Shown: piece by piece, positions 10,196 to 20,698 of the stretch
How positions within the stretch are numbered: the stretch's first letter is position 1
How the letters are laid out: every line of letters starts with the position of its first letter
Source of the DNA: an uncultured Gammaproteobacteria bacterium
Lineage (GTDB): Bacteria > Patescibacteriota > Patescibacteriia > UBA9934 > CAZDDW01
DNA length: 64,000 bases
Reading direction: 5' to 3'
Assembly: GCA_964504365.1 (NCBI GenBank)
Contig: CAZDDW010000002.1
Location: 53,246 to 117,245, forward strand
Program-made: the position numbers and the translations under genes
The notes under the pieces: model-generated
Told to the model about the DNA's origin: nothing
The model's database searches: none
Seen by the model: the letters and a program-made list of their open reading frames with translations, nothing else

Positions 10196-12143
10196 AATGG
10201 CAAAAATCCGGTTGACTGCGGTAAAAGATGTTTATGATCAGGTGATCGACATCTTGCATTCTGATGGGGTAATCGAGATAGAACAGGTTGAGGCTGAAGA
10301 AAAGGACCTTTATCGTCCTGATTCAAAAGCTGAATATTGGCAAACTAACGTAAAGTTTGCCCTGGATTTGCTCAAGGACTATCAAGATGAAGAGAAAAAG
10401 AGCTTTTTAGACAAATTGAAAAGTGCAAAGCAGGAAGTTGATAATAGTGATATAGAGAAACTACTTTCTGAGTTTGATTACAAAAAAGTTGTTGCTGAAC
10501 TAGAAAATTTGGACAAAGAGCTTAACGCTGCTAAAAACAAGGTTTCTCAGTACAATAAAGAAAAGAAGTCGCTGCGCGAATGGCAAGGGCTGCCAAAATT
10601 AGAAACGCAAGATCTGCGTTTTGTTGTTTTTTATACCGGAACTGTGCCAGTGATTCATTTCGAAGCCTTTCAGAAAGCAGTGCTTGATCTTGGGACATCA
10701 GAATTGATTCGAATCAATGAAAGCGAGAATGAGATCCGTTTAGTTTTGATCGCTAGCAAAGATCTGGAAACCAAGCTAACAGAACTGTTCGAAACCCATG
10801 ACTTCAAGACGGTTGAGTTGGATCTAAACGGGGCAGGGGATATTGATCAGCGTTTGACTAAGCTGGATGAATTGATTGGGTTTGATCAGAAGGTGATGAC
10901 TGAAGTTCAGGACAAAATTAAAAAATTCGCACCGCATCTGAGCAAATTTCAGATCTTGTATGATTATTTAACATGGAAAAAAGAGCAGGATGACGCTTCT
11001 CGTAAAGCTTTGGTTACAGGCGAGACTGTTAGTTTGATTGGGTGGCTACCACAGAATAATATTGCAGATGTAAGTAAGCATATCGACACAGTAACCGATC
11101 AGTACATGATCGAGGAACTTGAGATCAAAGAAGATGAGAACATTCCAATCGTTCTGAGCAATCCAAAAGCAGTCACACCATTTGAATCTGTAACTGAAAT
11201 TTATGGCGCGCCATTATACAACGAACCGGATCCGACTATTTACTTAGCACCATTCTTTATTGTTTACTTTGCGCTTTGTTTAACTGACGCTGGATATGGA
11301 ATTTTGCTTTCGCTTCTTGCTTTCGCTGCTTTGAAACTAATGAAACCAAAAGGTTCAGCCAAGAAACTGATCCAGCTATTAATTGCTGGTGGAGTGGCCA
11401 CGTTTGTTGCTGGAGCGCTCTTCGGTGGTTGGTTTGGTATCGTAATTGCGGATCTGCCAAACGGTATAATCAAGGACGCGGTAAATGCAGTTCGTATCAT
11501 CGATCCTGTACAAAATCCAATGACCGTACTGATCATGTCACTGATTCTGGGTTTTATTCAGTTAGTTATTGGAAACTTGGTTGGTATGTTCTGGAAGATT
11601 CGTCATGGACAGGTCATGGATGGAATACTTGATAGTGGAGTCTGGGCTTTGTTCCTGCTGATGATTGGTTTCTGGATCACAGTTAAAGTCGAAGTCCTGC
11701 CAGTATCACTAATAACTTTTGCTAATGTTGTTCTACTGCTCGGAATCCTAATGCTGGTCGCAACACAAGGGCGTCAGCACAAGAACGTGTTCGTAAAAAT
11801 TGGAGCTGGTGTAGCAAGTTTGTATGGTCTGGTTGGATATTTAAGCGACGTGCTTAGTTACTCACGTTTGTTAGCACTTGGACTTTCAACCGGAATTATC
11901 GCCATGGTTGTTAACTTGGTTGCTGATCTGTTTGCTGGAATGATCCCGTTTGTTGGTTGGTTGGTCTGGATCCTGATTATTGTTGGCGGTCACTTATTTA
12001 ATTTGATTATCAATGTACTTGGAGCTTTTATTCACGCAGGACGTCTGCAGTATGTCGAATACTTCCCGAAATTCCTTGTCGGTGGTGGACGAAGATTCAA
12101 GCCGTTGGTAAAAGAAGCTAAATATATAACTATTAAAAGTTAA
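10182..12143 (+). CDS. atpI: V/A-type ATPase subunit I (a)
   Basis: PxYNEPDPT, LSDVLSYSRLLALGL, IHAGRLQYVEYF. Confidence 0.95.
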   Translation: MSVSKMAKIRLTAVKDVYDQVIDILHSDGVIEIEQVEAEEKDLYRPDSKAEYWQTNVKFALDLLKDYQDEEKKSFLDKLKSAKQEVDNSDIEKLLSEFDYKKVVAELENLDKELNAAKNKVSQYNKEKKSLREWQGLPKLETQDLRFVVFYTGTVPVIHFEAFQKAVLDLGTSELIRINESENEIRLVLIASKDLETKLTELFETHDFKTVELDLNGAGDIDQRLTKLDELIGFDQKVMTEVQDKIKKFAPHLSKFQILYDYLTWKKEQDDASRKALVTGETVSLIGWLPQNNIADVSKHIDTVTDQYMIEELEIKEDENIPIVLSNPKAVTPFESVTEIYGAPLYNEPDPTIYLAPFFIVYFALCLTDAGYGILLSLLAFAALKLMKPKGSAKKLIQLLIAGGVATFVAGALFGGWFGIVIADLPNGIIKDAVNAVRIIDPVQNPMTVLIMSLILGFIQLVIGNLVGMFWKIRHGQVMDGILDSGVWALFLLMIGFWITVKVEVLPVSLITFANVVLLLGILMLVATQGRQHKNVFVKIGAGVASLYGLVGYLSDVLSYSRLLALGLSTGIIAMVVNLVADLFAGMIPFVGWLVWILIIVGGHLFNLIINVLGAFIHAGRLQYVEYFPKFLVGGGRRFKPLVKEAKYITIKS

Positions 12144-12147
12144 AATT

Positions 12148-12621
12148 ATGGGATTAGGAATTGCTCTTGCGGTATGTGGTGCCGCATTAGCCATCGGTCT
12201 TGCCGGAGCTGGTTCAGCCCTAGGAATGGGTGCAGCTGGACAAGGTGCCGCTGGTGTTGTTTCTGAAGATCCAGAAAAGTTTGGTAAAGCATTGCTTTTC
12301 GAAGCTCTTCCAGGAACACAGGGAATCTACGGATTCTTGGCTGCGATCATGATCTTGCAGAAAATTGGTCTGCTTGGTGGTGAAGTTGTGGCAATAAGTC
12401 CAGAAACTGGTTGGGCCATTTTATTTGCTGGTTTACCAATCGCTATTACTGGTTTAAGTTCTGGTTGGATGCAGGGACGTGTATCTGCTGCAGGTATGGG
12501 TGTGCTAGCAAAACGACCAGGTGAAGCTGGAAAAGCAATCATTCTTTCAGCCATGGTAGAAACCTATGCTGTGCTTGGTTTGCTGATTACCATTCTCTTA
12601 GTCACTAGTATTTCCGTTTAA
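12148..12621 (+). CDS. atpK: V/A-type ATPase subunit K (c), 4-TM, Na+-type
   Basis: LPGTQGIYG, MQGRV, MVETYAVLG. Confidence 0.95.
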   Translation: MGLGIALAVCGAALAIGLAGAGSALGMGAAGQGAAGVVSEDPEKFGKALLFEALPGTQGIYGFLAAIMILQKIGLLGGEVVAISPETGWAILFAGLPIAITGLSSGWMQGRVSAAGMGVLAKRPGEAGKAIILSAMVETYAVLGLLITILLVTSISV

Positions 12622-12622
12622 T

Positions 12623-13186
12623 ATGGCATTGGCCGAAATTCAAAAACACATTCAAACCAAGGCCGATGAGCAGATCGCTAAGATTCAGGCTGCTTCAAGT
12701 AAGCAGGTTGAAGAGAGTAAAGAAGGGTGGGAAAAGAAGTTGGTTGATGAGCGCGAGCGAGTGCTGGCCGAGATCAATCGCAATGCTGATTCAAAGTTGA
12801 CTCAGGCAAAATTCAAGATCCGCGAGCGAATTAATGCTGAGAAGTTAAAAGCTAAGCAGGCTCAGATCAACGAAGTTTATAGCAAAGCCCTAGAAGCTTT
12901 GTCAGAATTATCAGATTCTGAATATACTGAGCTGATGGTTAAGCTGCTTAAAAGCCTAAAGGGAACCGAAGGCAGCCTGTCGACCTGTGCCAAACGCAAG
13001 GCTGAACTTGAACAAGCTTTGTCAAAAGCCGGCCTTAAAGTTGATATCAAAGATGACCTAGACTCTGTTGGTGGTTTTATCTTCCACACGGAAGCGACTG
13101 ATATCGACAATACATTTGAGACCTTGATTGACCAGACTAAGGAACAAACCTTAATTGATGTTCATGCAAAATTATTTAACACTTAG
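12623..13186 (+). CDS. atpE: V/A-type ATPase subunit E
   Basis: Helical N-terminus, GGFI...IDNTFE; operon position. Confidence 0.88.
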   Translation: MALAEIQKHIQTKADEQIAKIQAASSKQVEESKEGWEKKLVDERERVLAEINRNADSKLTQAKFKIRERINAEKLKAKQAQINEVYSKALEALSELSDSEYTELMVKLLKSLKGTEGSLSTCAKRKAELEQALSKAGLKVDIKDDLDSVGGFIFHTEATDIDNTFETLIDQTKEQTLIDVHAKLFNT

Positions 13187-13191
13187 ACTCT

Positions 13192-14190
13192 GTGACTCAC
13201 GACGCCTACATCTACGCTAGCTCGAAGATTCGTTCGCTTGAACAGCACTTGCTTTCTGATTCGGACATGACACGTGTAATCGATGCCAAAACGCCAGACA
13301 TTGCTTTTAAGGCTTTTAATAGTCTTGATTATGCTGGTGAGCTTTTGGATTTAGAAGCCAAAGATTATCGTGTGGCAATGGATCGCAAAATGGCTCGGCT
13401 GAAAAAAGTGTTACATCATATTGTTCCTGACGAAGATCTTCATCGCTTGTTGTTCTTGGAGCGTGATTACTTTAATATTCGTTTCTTGTTAAAGACAAAG
13501 GCAGCAGGTGAAGATGCAAAGGATCTTTCAGAGCTATCACCTGGACTAGTTAAGGTAGATCAGCTCAAACGTTATATTATTGATGAACTGGAATCAGACA
13601 TCGACATTAAAGTTCAAGGTGATATCAATGATCTGCGATCTGAAATTGGGGAAGCAACTGATCCAGAAAAGATTGCCAACTTGGTTAACCAGAAAATGAA
13701 CAAACGCAATCGCGAACTAACCGAAAAGATTGACAATGCATTTATCACTGATCTTTATCGCTATCTTGCAGACATGAACAACATTCGCTTATTCCTGCGT
13801 GCTCGGCGTCTTGAAAAGAGTAAGGGTTGGTTTATGGAACGAGTTAATCAAACTGGAAATATTCCAGCGGATGTTTACGACAACATCTACGATAACAGTG
13901 ATGATGAGTCTTTACTAACACAGATGCGTGTTTTCTTGCCAGGTATTATCGAACCTGAGCTTGAAGAGTTTGCTAAGGACAAAGCTATCTGGCACATCGA
14001 GCTTGCACTACACAATGTGATTATCGAACACTTGCAAAAGGCAAAGATCATTGGTTATGGACCAGAAGTTGTGGTTGCTTACTTCTTTGCTAAGAAGTAC
14101 GCCATTCGCAACTTAAGTACAATCATGGCTCTTAAGTTCGGTGAGATTGAACCATTGGAAATCAGAAAACATTTAGTTAACGCTTACTAA
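13192..14190 (+). CDS. atpC: V/A-type ATPase subunit C
   Basis: YIYASSKIRSLEQHLL, DYFNI, GPEVVVAY; GTG start. Confidence 0.88.
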   Translation: MTHDAYIYASSKIRSLEQHLLSDSDMTRVIDAKTPDIAFKAFNSLDYAGELLDLEAKDYRVAMDRKMARLKKVLHHIVPDEDLHRLLFLERDYFNIRFLLKTKAAGEDAKDLSELSPGLVKVDQLKRYIIDELESDIDIKVQGDINDLRSEIGEATDPEKIANLVNQKMNKRNRELTEKIDNAFITDLYRYLADMNNIRLFLRARRLEKSKGWFMERVNQTGNIPADVYDNIYDNSDDESLLTQMRVFLPGIIEPELEEFAKDKAIWHIELALHNVIIEHLQKAKIIGYGPEVVVAYFFAKKYAIRNLSTIMALKFGEIEPLEIRKHLVNAY

Positions 14191-14191
14191 T

Positions 14192-14518
14192 ATGCAGGAC
14201 TACAAAATAGGCATTATCGGAACCGAAGAGGCTGTGGCCGGATTTATGGCCTTGGGTGTTACTTGTTTTCCAATAACTGAAGACGATCAAATTAAAGAAA
14301 TCATTAATCAAATTAAAAACGACGCGTTTGCAGCAATCTTCATCACAGAAGACTGGGCAATTCGCGTTCGTGACCAAATAGATGAAGCTTTTCGGGATGC
14401 AGCTCTACCGGCCGTGGTGACTGTTCCGTCACCCGGAGGAGCCACTAAGGCTGGGCTCGAGAATCTGAAGAAAATTGTTGAGCAAGCTGTCGGAAGCGAC
14501 ATTCTATTTAACAAATAA
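14192..14518 (+). CDS. atpF: V/A-type ATPase subunit F
   Basis: KIGIIG...[16 protein letters not shown]. Confidence 0.9.
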   Translation: MQDYKIGIIGTEEAVAGFMALGVTCFPITEDDQIKEIINQIKNDAFAAIFITEDWAIRVRDQIDEAFRDAALPAVVTVPSPGGATKAGLENLKKIVEQAVGSDILFNK

Positions 14519-14522
14519 TTAT

Positions 14523-16274
14523 ATGGAGCAAAAACAAGGAAGCATTATTAAAATCTCTGGACCATTAGTTGTTGCCAAGGACATGAACGAGGCTCGTATG
14601 TACGACGTGGTTAAAATCGGTGAACAAAAGCTGGTTGGAGAGATTATTAAACTTGAAGGCGATAAAGCTTCGATTCAGGTTTACGAAGAAACAACAGGGT
14701 TGAAGCCAGGTGATCCGGTTTTCATGACTGGTATGCCACTTTCTGTGGAGCTTGGTCCTGGAGTTTTGAAGTCAATTTACGACGGTGTGCAGCGTCCTTT
14801 AAAGGACATCGAAGCTGTAGCACAGTCACCATACATTACTAAAGGAATCGATGTTCCTGGAATCGACCGTACAAAAGAATGGGAATTCAAGGCTGAGATG
14901 AATGATGGTGAGCCGGTTAAAGAGGGCGACGTACTTGGAACTATTCAGGAAACAGAATTGATTGTTCACAAAGTAATGGTGCCACCTGGTGTTAATGGAA
15001 CTGTTTCAGGAATCAAGAGTGGTAAGTTCAAAGTCGAGGATGTTGTCGCAACAGTTGATGGTAAAGAAATTACTTTGCTGCAAAAATGGCCAATTCGTGT
15101 ACCACGTCCTTACAAAGAAAAACTTACACCAAAGACACCATTGATCACTGGAACCAGAATCTTTGATACATTTTTCCCAATCGTAAAAGGTGGTGCTGGT
15201 TGTATTCCTGGCCCTTTTGGAGCAGGAAAGACAGTTACTCAACAATCACTAGCCCGTCTTTGTGACGCGCAGATTATTGTTTACATTGGTTGTGGAGAGC
15301 GTGGAAACGAGATGACTGAGGTACTTGATGAGTTCCCAGAACTGATTGATCCTACTTCAGGAAAGCCTTTGATGGAACGAACTGTGCTAATCGCAAACAC
15401 CTCAAACATGCCCGTGGCTGCTCGAGAGGCGTCAATCTACACTGGTATCACAATTGCTGAATATTACCGTGATATGGGCTATAACGTGGCCCTGATGGCT
15501 GACTCAACATCACGTTGGGCTGAAGCTTTGCGTGAAATTTCTGGACGTCTTGAGGAAATGCCTGGTGAGGAAGGATACCCTGCATACCTTGGATCACGTA
15601 CTGCAGCTTTCTACGAACGTGCTGGTTACGTTGACTGTCTTGGAGAAGATGATCGTAAAGGATCGCTCACTGCGATTGGTGCGGTTAGTCCTCCGGGTGG
15701 TGACCTTTCAGAGCCTGTGACTCAGAACACATTGCGTGTGACTAAAGTTTTCTGGGGACTGGATGCCAAGCTGGCATATCGACGACACTTCCCAGCGATT
15801 AACTGGTTGAACAGCTACTCTTTGTACAATGACAACGTTGAAGATTTCTCACGTCAAAACTATGGTGAGGATTGGCCAGAGATGAAAACTCAGGCAATGG
15901 GAATTTTGCAAGAAGAGGCAAGTTTGCAAGAGATTGTAAAGCTGGTTGGACTTGATGCTTTGTCTAGCAAAGAGCAGGTTACACTTGATACTGCTAAGGC
16001 GTTGCGAGAAGACTACTTGCAGCAGTTTGCTTTTGATGAAGTTGATGGATACACACCTCCGAAACGCATGCACTTGATGTTAAAAGCAATTCTAACATTT
16101 CACGAAGCCGCTTCTGATGCTGTAGACAAAGGTGCATCAGTCAAAGATATTACGGCTCTTGATGTAAAAGATAAAATTGCACGTGCCAAGACTGAGACTG
16201 ATGAATCAAAGCTGGCTGCACTTCAAAAAGAATCGCAGGAGCAGATTAAGTCAACCATTAACGCTGCTGCATAA
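14523..16274 (+). CDS. atpA: V/A-type ATPase subunit A
   Basis: [26 protein letters not shown]; no intein. Confidence 0.97.
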   Translation: MEQKQGSIIKISGPLVVAKDMNEARMYDVVKIGEQKLVGEIIKLEGDKASIQVYEETTGLKPGDPVFMTGMPLSVELGPGVLKSIYDGVQRPLKDIEAVAQSPYITKGIDVPGIDRTKEWEFKAEMNDGEPVKEGDVLGTIQETELIVHKVMVPPGVNGTVSGIKSGKFKVEDVVATVDGKEITLLQKWPIRVPRPYKEKLTPKTPLITGTRIFDTFFPIVKGGAGCIPGPFGAGKTVTQQSLARLCDAQIIVYIGCGERGNEMTEVLDEFPELIDPTSGKPLMERTVLIANTSNMPVAAREASIYTGITIAEYYRDMGYNVALMADSTSRWAEALREISGRLEEMPGEEGYPAYLGSRTAAFYERAGYVDCLGEDDRKGSLTAIGAVSPPGGDLSEPVTQNTLRVTKVFWGLDAKLAYRRHFPAINWLNSYSLYNDNVEDFSRQNYGEDWPEMKTQAMGILQEEASLQEIVKLVGLDALSSKEQVTLDTAKALREDYLQQFAFDEVDGYTPPKRMHLMLKAILTFHEAASDAVDKGASVKDITALDVKDKIARAKTETDESKLAALQKESQEQIKSTINAAA

Positions 16275-16278
16275 ACAT

Positions 16279-17661
16279 ATGGAAAAACGATACAAGACAA
16301 TCAAAGAAGTCCAAGGGCCGCTCGTTATCGTTGAGGGCATCGAGGACGTTATGTATGAGGAAATGGTTGAGGTAGAACTTGGTGATGGAAGCAAGCGCAA
16401 AGGACGTGTACTGGAAATTACTGACAAGCACGCTGTGGTTCAGATGTTTGAAGGAACCAGCGGAGTTGATGTTGATAACTCAACAGCCACATTCCTAGGT
16501 AAGACCATGCAAATCGGTGTTTCAACTGACATGCTTGGACGTGTGTTCTCAGGAATCGGTGCTGCTAAGGATGGCATGCCAGATGTGATTCCAGAAAAAT
16601 ACTTGGACATTAACGGTGCACCAATCAACCCGTACTCACGAGAAATGCCTAAAGACTTTTACCAGACTGGTATCTCAACTATCGATGGACTAAACACTTT
16701 GGTGCGTGGACAAAAGCTGCCAGTGTTCTCTGGTGCTGGACTTCCACACAACGAGATCGCGGCGCAGATTGCGCGTCAGGCCAAGGTGATTGAAGAGGGA
16801 ACTAATGAGGAAGATTTCGCTGTTGTGTTCGGAGCCATGGGTGTAACCTTTGAAGAATCAGAATTCTTTATTAACGAGTTTAAGAAAACTGGAGCCATCG
16901 AACGTGCCACTTTGTTTATCAACTTAGCTGATGATCCTGTTGTTGAACGAATCACGTTGCCGCGCCTAGCTCTGACAACCGCAGAATATCTAGCCTTTGA
17001 AAAAGGTAAGCACGTGTTGGTGATCCTGACTGACTTGACCAACTATTGTGAAGCCTTGCGTGAGGTTTCTGCTGCTCGAAAAGAAATTCCTGGACGACGT
17101 GGTTACCCTGGATACCTTTACACTGACCTTTCAACTATTTACGAACGAGCAGGAAAGATGAAAGGCCGAAAGGGAAGCGTGACCCAGATTCCTATTCTAA
17201 CCATGCCTGAAGACGATATCACTCACCCAATCCCTGACTTGACTGGATACATTACTGAGGGACAGATCATTGTTTCACGTGACCTGTACCGACAAGGAAT
17301 TTATCCTTGTGTAAACGTGTTACCATCCTTGTCACGTTTAATGAAAGCCGGAATCGGTGAAGGACAGACTCGTGGTGATCACTCTGGTGTTGCTAACCAG
17401 CTCTTCGCTGCATACGCCACCGGAAAAGAAGCTCGTGAGCTGGCTGTGATTCTTGGTGAATCTGCTTTATCAGATGCTGAGCGTGCATACATTAAGTTTG
17501 CTGACGCATTTGAGAAAGAGTTTGTAACACAGGGCAAGGACGAGGATCGTGGGATTGAAGAAACCTTGAAGCTTGGTTGGAAACTAATGTCAATCTTGCC
17601 AAAACGAGAATTGAAACGTGTTAAGGAAGAAGAAATCGACAAGTATTTACCGAAAAATTAA
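16279..17661 (+). CDS. atpB: V/A-type ATPase subunit B
   Basis: [30 protein letters not shown]. Confidence 0.97.
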   Translation: MEKRYKTIKEVQGPLVIVEGIEDVMYEEMVEVELGDGSKRKGRVLEITDKHAVVQMFEGTSGVDVDNSTATFLGKTMQIGVSTDMLGRVFSGIGAAKDGMPDVIPEKYLDINGAPINPYSREMPKDFYQTGISTIDGLNTLVRGQKLPVFSGAGLPHNEIAAQIARQAKVIEEGTNEEDFAVVFGAMGVTFEESEFFINEFKKTGAIERATLFINLADDPVVERITLPRLALTTAEYLAFEKGKHVLVILTDLTNYCEALREVSAARKEIPGRRGYPGYLYTDLSTIYERAGKMKGRKGSVTQIPILTMPEDDITHPIPDLTGYITEGQIIVSRDLYRQGIYPCVNVLPSLSRLMKAGIGEGQTRGDHSGVANQLFAAYATGKEARELAVILGESALSDAERAYIKFADAFEKEFVTQGKDEDRGIEETLKLGWKLMSILPKRELKRVKEEEIDKYLPKN

Positions 17662-17662
17662 A

Positions 17663-17772
17663 AATAACCAATGACCAAATCACAATGATCAAAAAAATGA
17701 CCAAATAACCAATGTTCGAAAATTAGATCATTGTTTATTATCTCGGTCATTGATTATTGATCATTGGTCATT
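17663..17772. repeat. Inverted array of degenerate heptamers (AATGACC / GGTCATT)
   Basis: aataacc aatgacc aaatcac aatgatc ... gatcatt gtttatt ... ggtcatt gattatt gatcatt ggtcatt. Confidence 0.85.
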
Positions 17773-17782
17773 CACTGCCCAT

Positions 17783-18415
17783 ATGGCTAACGCACTAGGC
17801 GTCAACCCAACCCGACAAGAACTGCTAAAACTCAAGGTTAAACTTAAAACCTCTGAGCGTGGTTATAAGTTACTCAAAGACAAGCGTGATGGTTTGATGA
17901 AACAGTTCATGGAGATCATTCGTGAAGCCAAGGATCTGCGTGAAAAAGTTGAAGCTGATCTGTCAGTTGGATTTCAAGCTTACTTGTTTGCTTCTGCTAA
18001 GACTTCGCCAGATCTGTTGAAAAGCGCTTTCTTATTGCCTTCGATGAAAACTTATCTGCAGGCTGACGTGAAGAATGTCATGTCTGTGAACGTGCCAGTA
18101 TTCGAGTACAAGGAAGAAGGCGACTTTTTGTCTTATGGATTCAGTTTTACAGCCTCAGAGCTTGATACGGCGCTGAAGAGTTTCTCAGAAAGCTTGAAAG
18201 ATATGGTTCGTCTCGCTGAGGTAGAGCATAGCGCCAAGTTGCTAGCAGAAGAGATCGAAAAAACACGTCGACGAGTAAACGCGCTTGAATACGTCTTCAT
18301 TCCAAAGATGAAAGAAACAATCAAATACATCCAGGCCAAGCTAGCAGAACAAGAACGCGGAACGATTATCACACTGATGAAGGTCAAGGATATGTTGGTA
18401 GAACAGGAGGGATAA
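17783..18415 (+). CDS. atpD: V/A-type ATPase subunit D
   Basis: PTRQELL, RGYKLLKDKRD, KTRRRVNALEY. Confidence 0.96.
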   Translation: MANALGVNPTRQELLKLKVKLKTSERGYKLLKDKRDGLMKQFMEIIREAKDLREKVEADLSVGFQAYLFASAKTSPDLLKSAFLLPSMKTYLQADVKNVMSVNVPVFEYKEEGDFLSYGFSFTASELDTALKSFSESLKDMVRLAEVEHSAKLLAEEIEKTRRRVNALEYVFIPKMKETIKYIQAKLAEQERGTIITLMKVKDMLVEQEG

Positions 18416-18427
18416 AATAGATTAAAT

Positions 18428-18468
18428 AGGCGGGGTCCCTTGACCCCGCTTTTTGTTTATGCTAAGTT
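18428..18468 (+). terminator. ATPase operon terminator overlapping the next promoter
   Basis: aggcggggtc-cctt-gaccccgcttttt; TTGACC in the hairpin lies 17 nt from TAAGTT. Confidence 0.75.
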
Positions 18469-18496
18469 CTGGCCAGGACATTGAAAGGAGACACTT

Positions 18497-19162
18497 GTGA
18501 AAATCGACGGAAACGAATTCGTTGTTGCTTCTTCTGACATCGGACGCATCAGAGCTGGGTACATCTTCATGCGCCGGGCTGAGCGAGAGGGCTGCCGGGT
18601 CGAAGACCTGGACAAGCTTCAGGTTCGTTTCCAAAACGGACCCGAGACAAGCTCGTATACCCAGGTGGAACTCCAGCACCTGCTCGACCTGATGGGCCAA
18701 TCTTGCAGCGAAACCGACGTCCTGCGTGAACTCGGGATCGTGCCCGGTTACCGCGGGCATCTGCCCCCGGCCTGGAAGGCCGCCTACCTCTACCGCGGTG
18801 ACCAGGAGTTCCTGCTCGGTGACATCTGGCTCGACGAGTCTGCTGTTTGCCGAATCGCCCGGCGTCTGCACAGCATGCAGCAGGACGAAGAAGAGCACTG
18901 CGTGACCGTTGTCCTGCGCGAGACCTTGCCCGAAGAACTCTTCGACAAGCCGGACCAACTCACGCCCGAACAGGTACGTGAGCATGCCGCCATCGTCATC
19001 AGGCATGGCGAAATCATCTTCAGCGTCCCGTCCCACCGTGACGGCTGGGGCCCGCGTGGATTCGGTGAGCTGGCCATCAGTGCACTGAATGGCAGCTTCC
19101 TGGCCCTACTCGAACACGCCAAGTTCACCTCCACCCGCCTGCACACGCCGGCAAGCTCCTAG
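18497..19162 (+). CDS. GC-rich orphan protein, paralog 1
   Basis: SD aaaggag + GTG; aligns end to end with 19255-19911. Confidence 0.85.
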   Translation: MKIDGNEFVVASSDIGRIRAGYIFMRRAEREGCRVEDLDKLQVRFQNGPETSSYTQVELQHLLDLMGQSCSETDVLRELGIVPGYRGHLPPAWKAAYLYRGDQEFLLGDIWLDESAVCRIARRLHSMQQDEEEHCVTVVLRETLPEELFDKPDQLTPEQVREHAAIVIRHGEIIFSVPSHRDGWGPRGFGELAISALNGSFLALLEHAKFTSTRLHTPASS

Positions 19163-19254
19163 CACTTCAGCGACCACACTGGTCGCTTTTTTTATATCTT
19201 GACATAGCACTTAGTCCATGCTAAGTTCTGCTCAGCACCTTGAAAGGAGCGAAG

Positions 19255-19911
19255 ATGGAACCCACGCCAAACGGAGTTCACATTCTCGATACTGACATCG
19301 GCAATGTTTCTGCGCTAGACGTTTTCCGTCTCGACGCCGAGACCGAGCGTGAGCGCGACCTGGAGCACCCGGATCACATCCTGGTCACCTTCGAAAACGG
19401 CCCTGGGCCAGCTGAGTACGACCGTGTTGCTCTTCAGCTTCTGCTCGATCGCATGAGCATGTCCTGTGGTGAGGGCGACATCCTGCGCAAGATCAAGATC
19501 GTTCCTGGCTTCATGGGCATAACGTTTCCAGCCCACTGGGAGGACGTGGTCCTGTTCGATGGTAATGGCAATTACCTGGTCCACCCTGTCTCGCTCGACG
19601 AGGTCGCTGTGGTCCTTATCGCCAAGAGTCTGCATGACGAAAAGCTGTTCGGTGAGCGCCATGCCGTAGTCGTACTGCGTCGCTCAGACCTGCCCGAGGA
19701 CTGGAAGCCCGGTGATTCGATCGAGGCCGAGTTCATGATGAACACAGCCACCATCGTCATCAACCACAACAACGTCTACCTGCTTTCGTCTGGTGCCCAA
19801 CACTACAAGGCGATCAGCTTCGGTGACGTTCACATGGCCAAGCGCCAACAGCGTGACTCGCACTCCTTCACCATGTACACCTCGACCCGTTTGCGGCCGC
19901 CGATGCCGTAA
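19255..19911 (+). CDS. GC-rich orphan protein, paralog 2
   Basis: TTGACA-17-TAAGTT promoter, SD aaaggag; shares DIG, F.NGP, IVPG, LDE.AV, TSTRL with paralog 1. Confidence 0.85.
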   Translation: MEPTPNGVHILDTDIGNVSALDVFRLDAETERERDLEHPDHILVTFENGPGPAEYDRVALQLLLDRMSMSCGEGDILRKIKIVPGFMGITFPAHWEDVVLFDGNGNYLVHPVSLDEVAVVLIAKSLHDEKLFGERHAVVVLRRSDLPEDWKPGDSIEAEFMMNTATIVINHNNVYLLSSGAQHYKAISFGDVHMAKRQQRDSHSFTMYTSTRLRPPMP

Positions 19912-19979
19912 CGCACACACCCGCCTCAGCGCGGGTTTTTAATTCGTGGAAAAGATGGGGATATTAAAAACAAAAACCC

Positions 19980-20008
19980 TTGACACGAATGCCTAGGATC
20001 GATACGCT
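19980..20008 (+). promoter_or_regulatory. sigma70 promoter of putative ncRNA
   Basis: TTGACA-17-TACGCT. Confidence 0.75.
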
Positions 20009-20013
20009 GGAAG

Positions 20014-20227
20014 TGAGCCGGGGATCGCGCTAGTTTAGTTAAGTTCAAGAGGGTAGGACTGTGAAAACAGAAACCGATCTGCGGGAGGAACAAAGCACTG
20101 AAAGAGACGGGGATCGCATAGGAAGCTATAAAGTCACTGCAACTCTACGAGTGTCATGACCTGATAAGGTACAGCCTTTCAAAGGGGGAAGACCCTGAAG
20201 AACACCTGGATTGGAGAACTCGGCTCA
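20014..20227 (+). ncRNA. Putative structured ncRNA, family unassigned
   Basis: Promoter, no ORF, 5'/3' ends pair (tgagccggg/ctcggctca), several internal hairpins, terminator. Confidence 0.7.
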
Positions 20228-20230
20228 AAC

Positions 20231-20258
20231 AAAAAACTGACCCTGCGGTCGGTTTTTT
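20231..20258. terminator. Bidirectional intrinsic terminator
   Basis: aaaaaactgacc-ctgc-ggtcggtttttt. Confidence 0.8.
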
Positions 20259-20293
20259 GTAATCTGAGGGACCGACAGGCGTAAGCCTGTCAT

Positions 20294-20611
20294 TTAAGTT
20301 CCTTGCTCGACTCGCTGCAATGCATGTAACTCAGCGTTGAGCTGCTGAACACCAGGATGCTGATCAGTATAACTATAGCCTTTTAGCAAATCTCGATCAC
20401 CTGTAATACTGCGTCGAGCATCTTCAATTTTAGCTTTTCGTGTAGCTCCTTCAAGGCCTTCAAATCGCTGTGCAAACACGATCATGGCCTGCTGAATGGC
20501 TGCGCTGTCTAGTGTATCAGCCGAAACCATGTCTGGTTGTGATTCAACCTCAGGCACCATGCTGGCCGCAGCTTCTTTTTGAGCTGCTCGTTTACCAAAA
20601 AATTCTAACAT
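20294..20611 (-). CDS. Hypothetical protein
   Basis: 105-aa ORF with upstream TTGACC/TAAGAT-like promoter. Confidence 0.6.
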   Translation of the reverse strand: MLEFFGKRAAQKEAAASMVPEVESQPDMVSADTLDSAAIQQAMIVFAQRFEGLEGATRKAKIEDARRSITGDRDLLKGYSYTDQHPGVQQLNAELHALQRVEQGT

Positions 20612-20698
20612 AAAGTATCAGTTAATTTTTGTTTATCTTAGGCTGTTTGGGGTCAAGTGTCAAGGGTGACTAAGAAGGGAATGACACACTTCAGTGTG

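Noticed and set aside
20014-20227. RNase P RNA, because agaactcggctca resembles ACAGAACCCGGCUUA
   Set aside because: No GAGGAAAGUCC or bulged-U P4, no P1-P3, and too short
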